Positions 8,374 to 16,110 of a stretch of 36,529 bases of DNA are shown here, one piece after another (position 1 is the stretch's first letter; each line of letters starts with the position of its first letter). Origin of the DNA: Coprobacillus sp. (GTDB lineage Bacteria; Bacillota_I; Bacilli_A; RFN20; CAG-826); contig JAJQAL010000023.1 in the NCBI GenBank assembly GCA_021203815.1, positions 3,878-40,406 on the forward strand. Direction: 5' to 3'. A program made the position numbers and the translations under genes. The notes beneath the pieces were generated by a model. It saw only the letters and a list, made by a program, of their open reading frames with translations. It was not told the DNA's origin and did not search any database.

Positions 8374-10412
8374 TGACAACTTATACAAAAACAATTTTCC
8401 GTATGTTTAAACAAAATAAGGGCCGTTTTGCCCTTATTATTTCGATTATTGCTCTCTCTTTACTTTTATGTAGCGGCCTTGGTATTACCCATAGCGCGAT
8501 GGAGAAAAGCTATAACTCGGTGATGCAAGAACAGCTTGTTAGTGATTTTATCGTTAAATCCACTAGTGAAGATGGATTTGGGGATGACTACGATACAATA
8601 GTTAGTGAGATTATAGATGGCGACCCCTCTGCGAGTATTGATGGCTATTTTAGCGCGGACTACACCATTAGTTTAGTCGAGCAGGGTATTGCCGAAAGTA
8701 GTGAAGTAAACGCGCGAATATATTCTGGAGATCTTCAAAATAGAGAGGTTAATTCCTTAGAGCTATTAGAAGGAAGATTCCCAACTAGCGCTAATGAATG
8801 CGTTTTAGACACCCCAAATGGTTTTCTTATCCCCTATGAAATAGGGGATACTATTACATTTACTAATCTATTTAGTAGCGCCGTAGATGAAATTAATGAC
8901 GCTATTGGCTTTAGCGTCATTGATTCATTAGACGATGTCTCTTTAACAGTCGTGGGCTATGTTCAAAGTCCTCTTTACTCCACTGGGGAGAGAGAACCAA
9001 TGCTAACGGAAGATTTATCGGATGTCACTGACCTCACTGAAATAAGCGAATATATCGATACGATTATCTATGTTGATAGTGGGTATGATGTCTTTAGTCT
9101 CGACTCGCTTAATAACTCATTAGCGGAGCTAAAATCCACTCTTAGTGGACTAGGTTTATCTGAGGATATTTTATCTCAAATTCCAGAAGAAATAAGCGCC
9201 CCAGTTAATGAACTTGCTGTCCGCTTTAATAGTGATTCTTATTCCCTCTTTTCAAGAGAGCATAAACAGCTCATGGAAGAAAAAACCCCGCTAATAGAGG
9301 GTATTTTATCGGATATTAATGCGGAATTTATGACACTAGAAGATAACGTTGGCTATAGCTATTTCACTTCATTTGGGAATAAAATGCTTATCATTTCGAT
9401 TCTTCTTCCCATCTTCTTTATCCTTGTTTGTTCTCTTGTTATTTCTATTACGACTTCAAGAATGGTAAACGATGAAAGAGCGATGATTGGCTGCTACACT
9501 TCGCTAGGTATTCCTAGGAGTAAAATCATCTGGAAGTATTTCCTCTTTAATCTGATAGTTATTCTTTCAGGCGCTGTTATTGGAATTGTTGTTGGGATAT
9601 TCCTTGTCCCCGCCATTATCTACCCATCATATTGCTCTGTCTTCCATATGGGCGCTTTAATGTTCAGCGGTAATATATGGCTTGGACTCCTTTTAAGTGT
9701 AGCCCTTCTTGTCATTGTCCTTCTTATCTGCTATTCCGTTATTAACGCTAATCTAAAAGAGTCACCCGCTTCCCTTCTTCTTCCTAAATCTCCAAAAGCC
9801 GGACAAAAAATCTTCTTAGAAAAGATTCCCGCTTTATGGAAGAGAATTAAATTCTCCATGAAGTCATGCTTTAGAAATATCTTCCGTTATAAGAAAAATA
9901 TGATTTTAACAATTATCTCTGTTTTAGGAAGCGCCGCTTTGATTATGGTGGGCTTTGGTCTACTCGATAATAGTATCGCTTTGGTGGATGATCCTTTATA
10001 TGGCTCAGTTGCTGGACCAATTCTCATAGTTTCTATTTTCGTCCTAGTTTTAGCAGGTTTATTATGTCTTCTTATTCTCTTTAACCTCGTTAATATGAAT
10101 ATCACGGAGAGGACAAGAGAGCTGTGCACTCTGAAGGTTCTTGGCTATCATGATCAAGAGTGTCTTTTATATACATCAAGAGAAGTACTTATCCTATCCG
10201 CAGCAGGCGGAATAGTGGGAATACCTATCGGGATGCTCCTCGTTTATGTCATCTGTGTGTGGCTTGACTTTGGAAGACTAGGTAATATGAATTGGTACTC
10301 GTATGTTTTAACTTTTATCTATGTCATTGTGGTCGCTCTTATCGCTAATATCCTTCTCTATCCAAAGATAAAAAAGCTCGATATGAACGAGTCCTTAAAG
10401 TCAGTAGAGTAA
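8373..10412 (+). CDS. ABC transporter permease with two fused FtsX domains
   Basis: TAATG overlap with the ATPase gene. TM1, a large extracellular domain ('EGRFPTSANECVLD'), FtsX domain 1 ('ERAMIGCYTSLG'), linker 'PKSPKAGQKIFLE', FtsX domain 2 ('ERTRELCTLKVLG'). Confidence 0.92.
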   Translation: MTTYTKTIFRMFKQNKGRFALIISIIALSLLLCSGLGITHSAMEKSYNSVMQEQLVSDFIVKSTSEDGFGDDYDTIVSEIIDGDPSASIDGYFSADYTISLVEQGIAESSEVNARIYSGDLQNREVNSLELLEGRFPTSANECVLDTPNGFLIPYEIGDTITFTNLFSSAVDEINDAIGFSVIDSLDDVSLTVVGYVQSPLYSTGEREPMLTEDLSDVTDLTEISEYIDTIIYVDSGYDVFSLDSLNNSLAELKSTLSGLGLSEDILSQIPEEISAPVNELAVRFNSDSYSLFSREHKQLMEEKTPLIEGILSDINAEFMTLEDNVGYSYFTSFGNKMLIISILLPIFFILVCSLVISITTSRMVNDERAMIGCYTSLGIPRSKIIWKYFLFNLIVILSGAVIGIVVGIFLVPAIIYPSYCSVFHMGALMFSGNIWLGLLLSVALLVIVLLICYSVINANLKESPASLLLPKSPKAGQKIFLEKIPALWKRIKFSMKSCFRNIFRYKKNMILTIISVLGSAALIMVGFGLLDNSIALVDDPLYGSVAGPILIVSIFVLVLAGLLCLLILFNLVNMNITERTRELCTLKVLGYHDQECLLYTSREVLILSAAGGIVGIPIGMLLVYVICVWLDFGRLGNMNWYSYVLTFIYVIVVALIANILLYPKIKKLDMNESLKSVE

Positions 10413-10425
10413 TATACTTTGTATA

Positions 10426-11286
10426 TTAAAACTTTTCTTTTAGTGTTTTAGCGCATTCCTCTGCGTTATCTAGAAAATAGGAGGCCACTCCCTTAAAGTC
10501 GATGCCAAGCGCATCGTTTTCTTTATCATCCGCTTTAATCGTTGCGACGATATACCACTGAAGGGAGAGATATATTCGGTAAAGATAAAATCTCTTATAT
10601 GAGTCGATATTAATTTCATCTTTAAAGTAGGCTTTAAGTAGCTCAAGTCCGTCTTCCATCCTATCATTACTAAAGGCGCTAATATCATAGACTGGATCTC
10701 CATACGAGGCGAATTCAAAATCGATTACGTAGTAGCGCCCGCTATCGGAGAGGATAACATTACTCCTTTGAAAATCGTGGTGACATAAAGTGTGAGGAAA
10801 CTGCTTTAAATAATCGGAAAAAGAGAGAAAATACTCCCAAATTGCATTAAATCTAGGGTCTAATGCGCTCTTATCTTTTATGTAATTAAGGTAGAATCCC
10901 ATATTATCTTTTAAGTCTAATGTTGTCATTCCCTTAACATCGAGATTATGGAGATTATGAAGGAGTTCTGCAACTTTTTCGACATCGTAGTCTTCGATTT
11001 TATTGAGGGAATTACCATAAATATAAGAGTTAATTTTAACTCCAGTCTTTGGGTCAAAATAGATGCTCATAGAGGTAAGCCCCGCTTTAAACGCGGCCAT
11101 TGAGGCTTTCATCTCATTACTTCGATTTATGGTCTCGCTCGCAAACTCTGTGGGTACATAGTAAATGTAGTTACTATCTCTAGCTTCCACTAAATAAGAC
11201 TTATTCGTCATCCCGCCTTCAAGCTGAAATATGACCGTGTAGTCTCCACTAAAAATATCATCGAGTAAATCTTTATCGAGGTCCAT
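10426..11286 (-). CDS. choline/ethanolamine kinase family phosphotransferase (LicA-like)
   Basis: GGMTNKSY P-loop, 'INRSNE', Brenner motif CHHDFQRSN, 'VIDFEFA..GDP.YD'. Confidence 0.85.
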   Translation of the reverse strand: MDLDKDLLDDIFSGDYTVIFQLEGGMTNKSYLVEARDSNYIYYVPTEFASETINRSNEMKASMAAFKAGLTSMSIYFDPKTGVKINSYIYGNSLNKIEDYDVEKVAELLHNLHNLDVKGMTTLDLKDNMGFYLNYIKDKSALDPRFNAIWEYFLSFSDYLKQFPHTLCHHDFQRSNVILSDSGRYYVIDFEFASYGDPVYDISAFSNDRMEDGLELLKAYFKDEINIDSYKRFYLYRIYLSLQWYIVATIKADDKENDALGIDFKGVASYFLDNAEECAKTLKEKF

Positions 11287-11292
11287 ATAGCT

Positions 11293-11298
11293 ATTATA
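11293..11298 (-). promoter_or_regulatory. -10 box TATAAT 6 nt upstream of kinase ATG (leaderless)
   Basis: Minus strand reads TATAAT-agctat-ATG. Confidence 0.6.
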
Positions 11299-11334
11299 AA
11301 CTATTTAACCCTTTCTATCTTATTTTATTTAAGA

Positions 11335-11356
11335 AAATAGCCCATAAGGGCTATTT
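11335..11356 (-). terminator. intrinsic terminator downstream of tRNA-Ser(GCT)
   Basis: AAATAGCCC-ATAA-GGGCTATTT hairpin, followed by T residues on the minus strand. Confidence 0.75.
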
Positions 11357-11366
11357 ATAATCTTAA

Positions 11367-11457
11367 TGGCGGAGTAAGAGAGACTCGAACTCTCGCGCCA
11401 GTCACCCGGCCTACCTCCTTAGCAGGGAGGCCCCTTCACCAACTTGGGTATTACTCC
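11367..11457 (-). tRNA. tRNA-Ser(GCT)
   Basis: Reverse complement reads GGAGTAA...CCTCC-CTGCTAA-GGAGG, long variable arm, GAGAG-TTCGAGT-CTCTC, TTACTCC-G-CCA. Confidence 0.97.
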
Positions 11458-11465
11458 ATTAGTGA

Positions 11466-11494
11466 ATAATAACAAATTGTTATTATTTTTTCAA
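11466..11494 (-). promoter_or_regulatory. promoter TTGAAA-17 nt-(TG-t)TATTAT for tRNA-Ser(GCT)
   Basis: Consensus-like hexamers with 17-nt spacing, ending 8 nt before the tRNA 5' end. Confidence 0.65.
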
Positions 11495-11498
11495 TTAA

Positions 11499-12932
11499 TT
11501 AATATGCTTTTGCGATATAGCAAACCTTCTCGGCTTTCTTACCGCAGACAACGCATTTATCATCGACGGGGAGCTGATTAAAAGGCATACAGCGGATAGT
11601 AGCGCTCGTCTCATCCTTAATCTTTTTCTCACACTCTGGATCTCCGCACCACATCGCTTTCGCGTAGCCTTTATTTTCATTCATAAGCTCCACTAGTTCA
11701 CGATAGCTATGAACTTCATAGGTATGACTATTTAAGAAGTCAGAGGCTTTTTTGTACATCTCGTTATGAATAGTTTTAAGTAAAGATTCCACGGATTCTA
11801 CGAGGTTTTCTCGGCTTACTGTTACTTTTTCCCCATCATTTCTTTTAACTAGTGTCACGTTTCCTTTTTCGATATCACGGGGACCAATTTCAAGGCGAAT
11901 AGGAACCCCTTTCATCTCGTATTCAGAAAATTTCCATCCCGCTGATTTATCGTCGCTTTCATCGATATCCACTCTAATCCCGGCTTTCTTTAACTCTTCA
12001 TAAACGAGGCGGGCCTCTTTAATAACTCCCTCTTTTTGCTGAGCAATTGGAATAACGATTACCTGAGTGGGAGCGACATAAGGAGGTAGGACTAGTCCAT
12101 TATCATCCCCATGCATCATAATAAGAGCCCCTATTAATCTCGTCGAGGTTCCCCATGATGTTTCATGAGGGGTATAGACTTTCCCATCTCTTCCCTGATA
12201 GGAGACATTAAAGGCTTTGGGGAAGTCCGTTCCAAAGTAGTGGGTAGTGCCGCACTGAAGGGCCTTACCGTCTGGATTAAGTGACTCGCAGGAATAAGTC
12301 TCTTTAGCCCCCGCAAACTTCTCTTTATCGGATTTTATGCCTTTTACAAAGGGAATTGCGAGTAAATCTCTCGCCATTGTGTCATAAATATCAAGGATAT
12401 TTAATGCCTCGTGACGGGCTTCTTCTTCGCTCTCATGAAGAGTGTGACCCTCTTGCCAAAGGAACTCGCTTCCTCTTAAGAAAGGTCTCGTGGTCTTTTC
12501 CCATCTCACGACAGAGCACCACTGATTATAGAGAAGTGGGAGATCTCTATAAGAGGAAAGAATTCTTGAGTAGTACTCGCAGAAAAGTACCTCTGAGGTT
12601 GGTCTAATAATAAGTCTATCTTCGAGTTTATCTTCTCCGCCGATAGTTGCGATAAGGGTCTCTGGGGCAAAACCTTTTACATGCTCTTTTTCTTTATTAA
12701 AAAGGGACTCATTTATGACGAGCGGCATATAGACATTTTGATGTCCGGTTTCCTTTAACTTTTTATCGAGATATTCTTTTATGTTCTCCCATATAGCGTA
12801 GCCATATGGTCTATATATAATAAAACCTTTGACCGAGGAATAGTCCATTAACTCCGCTTTACGGCAGACATCAGTGTACCATTTTGCAAAGTCGTCTTCT
12901 CTTCTCGTTATTGATTCGTTTTTTATTTCCAT
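11499..12932 (-). CDS. proS: proline--tRNA ligase, archaeal/eukaryotic type (no INS editing domain)
   Basis: F.KWY.DV, RPTSE, NQWCSVVRWE.TTRPFLR.SEFLWQEGHT, SWG.STRLIG; C-terminal Zn-binding CGDPEC..CVVC and 'AKAY' terminus. Confidence 0.97.
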   Translation of the reverse strand: MEIKNESITRREDDFAKWYTDVCRKAELMDYSSVKGFIIYRPYGYAIWENIKEYLDKKLKETGHQNVYMPLVINESLFNKEKEHVKGFAPETLIATIGGEDKLEDRLIIRPTSEVLFCEYYSRILSSYRDLPLLYNQWCSVVRWEKTTRPFLRGSEFLWQEGHTLHESEEEARHEALNILDIYDTMARDLLAIPFVKGIKSDKEKFAGAKETYSCESLNPDGKALQCGTTHYFGTDFPKAFNVSYQGRDGKVYTPHETSWGTSTRLIGALIMMHGDDNGLVLPPYVAPTQVIVIPIAQQKEGVIKEARLVYEELKKAGIRVDIDESDDKSAGWKFSEYEMKGVPIRLEIGPRDIEKGNVTLVKRNDGEKVTVSRENLVESVESLLKTIHNEMYKKASDFLNSHTYEVHSYRELVELMNENKGYAKAMWCGDPECEKKIKDETSATIRCMPFNQLPVDDKCVVCGKKAEKVCYIAKAY

Positions 12933-12944
12933 CTTTATTTCCTT

Positions 12945-14720
12945 TTATATTTTTGAAATCTGCTCTATCTTATCGAGTTTCTTCTTCTCTACGGGAAGAA
13001 TCATTTCGCTATAATATGATATAACGTCACTAGAAACTAAATCAATTCCTGATCGAATTATTAATTCGATCGTGGTCCAGTTATCGATATCGGTGGCGAT
13101 GATTGGCTTTTTATATTTTAGGAGCGATTCGAGTAGACTATGAATACTAAGTCTAGTCTTATTTGAGGTCTTAACCTCTCCAATTAAAGAGGAGCCCACG
13201 ATAAAGTAATCAAAGTTACGGTAAATCTTCGTATCAAGGAGGAGGTTTCGATCTTTCATCGACACTCCAATTTGAAAGCCTAGGGCTTTAATCTCATCCA
13301 TCTTTTCTTTAAAGACTTCTGCGTCCTCTACGTTATGACTGACGTCTTGCTCGCTAAGGAGGATAACAAGCGTTATATCGTCGATACGAGGAATCTGGGA
13401 GAAGATCTCACTAATATTATTAATATTAACCATTGAAACTGGATAGAATAGTCGGGCGTTTCTTGATGGCGTCTCCGCGATATATTTGGTAATGATATTT
13501 CGTGAGGCCTTGGCAAATAGGTCTCTATTTTCATTGAGTTCATAAGCGTAATACATCGTCTCTTCAAAACTCACAAACGGAGTGTCAAAGAGTCTAATAT
13601 TCGCAAAATAGCCATACGTCTCTCTGTTTCTTGAGTCAACGATTGGTCTATAGACGTAGTGCATGAGGTTATTTTTAATAAGTCTATTAATATAGTCTTC
13701 ATACTGAGAGAAGTTAGTCTCTTGATAAGAAGAGATAGTTTGATAAATATAGAAGGGTTTATTCTCTTGGTGCGCGTATGTCGCGGCGCTTTGTCCCTCT
13801 TTAATTAGGGAGCGGTAATTATGATAGAACGCGGAGTTAGGAACCACGCCTATAGAATAGGTAATTCTCTCTTTGAAGTTATTAACTTCAATCGCTTTAT
13901 TAAGGGCTTTAATAAGGGAGGAGACGAATTGAAGCGCATCATCGGTGCTTGTCATTCCTAAATCAAAGACAAAGAGCTCGTTTTCACTGACATCGAGGAT
14001 CTTTTTAGGGTGATGAGAATCGCTTGCAAAAGGATAGATTTCGTTTCTTAGGGTCATCGCCACAAACCCTTCCTCTTTATCGGTGTTTAAAACGGACTGC
14101 TTAATATGGAAGAAACGGATACAGAAGGAATATCCTGTCGGTTTTTTCATATTATTGATCGTTTTAGAAATAGTGGCTTCATCGGTAAGCCCAGTCTTTC
14201 CTTTATACGTCTTCTTCTTTTTCTCACTATTTGCGGGAGTGATGTATTTAAGGATATGTGACTCGAGGTGGATAAGCCCGCTTTCTTTATCGTAGTGGAG
14301 GAGTTTTAAAAGGGAGAAGTAAGGAGTCTTACTCCCTTTAACATGGATATCCGCTTGAAGATATTGCTCAACATTTTTTTGATTTGTTTCGATATCATTT
14401 ATCCATTTTTTCACTCTTGCGATATCGTTAGGATGGAATCTTTTATAGAAGGTATCGAGACTAGTGGTCTCTTTATTTCTTAGATTAGTTTTATTAAAAT
14501 AGGTGACACTTTTATGAATGGTGTCAACAATATAAACCCTTGAAGTATTAGACTCCCCAAGAAGTCTATTTTTACTCACCTTGTTATGATGACGGATAAC
14601 CAAAAAGGAAATAAGAAAAGCGATAATAACAATTAGCGCAAACAAAATAATTCCAAAGAGGAGATCAAAGGCTAAATCGTTAAAGTTCCAGTAGTCGATA
14701 TATAAAGTGGGGCTATTCAT
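12945..14720 (-). CDS. membrane-anchored PAS / degenerate GGDEF / degenerate EAL domain protein
   Basis: N-terminal TM helix; PAS_3-like 'FYKRFHPNDIARV'; GGDEF-fold remnants ('VSENELFVF', 'ITYSIGV', 'LIKEGQSAATYAHQENK'); EAL-fold start 'YVYRPIVDSRNRETYGYFANIR'. Confidence 0.75.
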   Translation of the reverse strand: MNSPTLYIDYWNFNDLAFDLLFGIILFALIVIIAFLISFLVIRHHNKVSKNRLLGESNTSRVYIVDTIHKSVTYFNKTNLRNKETTSLDTFYKRFHPNDIARVKKWINDIETNQKNVEQYLQADIHVKGSKTPYFSLLKLLHYDKESGLIHLESHILKYITPANSEKKKKTYKGKTGLTDEATISKTINNMKKPTGYSFCIRFFHIKQSVLNTDKEEGFVAMTLRNEIYPFASDSHHPKKILDVSENELFVFDLGMTSTDDALQFVSSLIKALNKAIEVNNFKERITYSIGVVPNSAFYHNYRSLIKEGQSAATYAHQENKPFYIYQTISSYQETNFSQYEDYINRLIKNNLMHYVYRPIVDSRNRETYGYFANIRLFDTPFVSFEETMYYAYELNENRDLFAKASRNIITKYIAETPSRNARLFYPVSMVNINNISEIFSQIPRIDDITLVILLSEQDVSHNVEDAEVFKEKMDEIKALGFQIGVSMKDRNLLLDTKIYRNFDYFIVGSSLIGEVKTSNKTRLSIHSLLESLLKYKKPIIATDIDNWTTIELIIRSGIDLVSSDVISYYSEMILPVEKKKLDKIEQISKI

Positions 14721-14728
14721 ATAGCCTT

Positions 14729-14737
14729 ATTATATCA
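14729..14737 (-). promoter_or_regulatory. extended -10 (TG-a-TATAAT) 8 nt upstream of ATG 14720
   Basis: Minus strand reads GTGATATAAT-aaggctat-ATG. Confidence 0.6.
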
Positions 14738-14803
14738 CTTTTTATGAATTTTCCATTCATAAAGAAAAGCATAATAAATATTAATAAAATAACCCCTATT
14801 TTA

Positions 14804-14812
14804 TGGTATAAT
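14804..14812 (+). promoter_or_regulatory. extended -10 (TG-g-TATAAT) for tRNA-Ser(CGA)
   Basis: TGGTATAAT ends 9 nt before the tRNA 5' end. Confidence 0.65.
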
Positions 14813-14821
14813 CAATCGCAT

Positions 14822-14912
14822 AGAGGAATACCCAAGCGGCCGAAGGGGGCAGTTTCGAAAACTGCTAGGAGATTAACGTCTCGCGGGGGTTCGAATCCCC
14901 CTTCCTCTGCCA
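14822..14912 (+). tRNA. tRNA-Ser(CGA)
   Basis: AGAGGAA/TTCCTCT acceptor, GCAGT-TTCGAAA-ACTGC anticodon arm, long variable arm, GGGGG-TTCGAAT-CCCCC, G73, CCA. Confidence 0.96.
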
Positions 14913-14933
14913 TGAAGTATTTATTAAATACTA

Positions 14934-14962
14934 TTGATAAATATTTATTGATACATTACAAT
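14934..14962 (+). promoter_or_regulatory. promoter TTGATA-17 nt-TACAAT for CNNM pair
   Basis: TTGATA 14934-14939 and TACAAT 14957-14962; ATG at 14980 without SD. Confidence 0.6.
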
Positions 14963-14979
14963 AATTAACCGATAAAAAA

Positions 14980-16110
14980 ATGGAACCAGAACTGTTAGCT
15001 GATGCTAGTATAGATCCTCTGAGTAGTCTCACCATATTGGCCGACGATGTGTCAAGTGGCTCGATTTTTTCGTTGCCTAACTGGGCCTGCTGGCTCCTCA
15101 TTGTTTTGATGGTAATTATATGCGGCCTCCTTTCAGGCAGTGAAAACGCTTTTGATAACTGCAATAAATACCATTTCAAAGTCCAAGCGGAAAAAGGAAA
15201 AGTCACCGCTAAACTAATAACGAGATTTATCGATAAGTTTGATAATACCCTCACCACTGTTTTAGTGGCGAATAACGCCATTCAAACGCTTATGTCCTTC
15301 CTTGGGGCCATGGTTTTCTATGGAATGTTTAAAGGGGAAAACGCGGAGACTGTTGAAGCGATAGTGGCCACCATTGTCATGGCGGTTATTGTCTATGTTT
15401 TCTCCGATACGATACCAAAAATCCTCTCCGACACTATTCCTAATACCATGGCGGTTATTTTAGTGTGGCCGGACTTTATTATTTCCATTATTATTTGGCC
15501 GGTGGCGATTTTATTCCGTCTCATGCTTAAAGGCGTGCAAAAACTCTTCCACTTTAAAGATGAGTCTATCCTGACAAAGGAAGACTTTATCGAGAAAGCG
15601 GATGAAGCGCTTTCAACAGAAAACTTTAATAACGAGGAAGAAGAACTTTTTGAAGATAATGAAATCGAACTTATCGACCGTACCTTCACTTTTGATACCA
15701 TCTCCGCCTGGCAGGTCTATACTCCACTTAATAAAACCGTGTCGATTGATATTAAAGATTTAAACGCGAGCTATGTTAATAGTTTTATCTTGCTCAATGA
15801 ATACTCCCGTTTCCCTGTCTATGAAGGGAGAAAGAGTAATATCGTCGGTGTCCTTTCTATTAATAACTATTTTAAGGAATATGGACTAGATCCCCATGTG
15901 GACGTCAGAAGCGTCTTACTCCCACCGGTATTTGTTTATGATGACGAGAAAATCGATGAAGTGTTTAATACGATGAACAGTGAGCAGATCCACCTCGCTA
16001 TCGTCAAAAATAGAGAAGAAAAAGTAATCGGGATGATTACCCTTGAGGATGTCCTCGATGTCCTCGTCGATAAGAATAATCCCGCTCAAGTAGGAGAGAC
16101 TGTCTTATGA
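14980..16110 (+). CDS. CNNM (DUF21)-CBS pair protein (CorB/CorC-like Mg2+ transporter), lacking C-terminal CorC_HlyC domain
   Basis: 'GLLSGSENAF', 'TTVLVANN', 'SDTIPK', CBS 'YSRFPVY...NIVGVL', 'GMITLEDVLDVLV'. Confidence 0.88.
   Translation: MEPELLADASIDPLSSLTILADDVSSGSIFSLPNWACWLLIVLMVIICGLLSGSENAFDNCNKYHFKVQAEKGKVTAKLITRFIDKFDNTLTTVLVANNAIQTLMSFLGAMVFYGMFKGENAETVEAIVATIVMAVIVYVFSDTIPKILSDTIPNTMAVILVWPDFIISIIIWPVAILFRLMLKGVQKLFHFKDESILTKEDFIEKADEALSTENFNNEEEELFEDNEIELIDRTFTFDTISAWQVYTPLNKTVSIDIKDLNASYVNSFILLNEYSRFPVYEGRKSNIVGVLSINNYFKEYGLDPHVDVRSVLLPPVFVYDDEKIDEVFNTMNSEQIHLAIVKNREEKVIGMITLEDVLDVLVDKNNPAQVGETVL

Noticed and set aside
3162-12944. T-box riboswitch leaders for argS and proS
   Set aside because: Upstream intergenic gaps are only 13 nt and 12 nt and no T-box motif was seen.
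14744-14968. 74-aa ORF on the + strand
   Set aside because: Overlaps tRNA-Ser(CGA) and its promoter; spurious translation of the tRNA.
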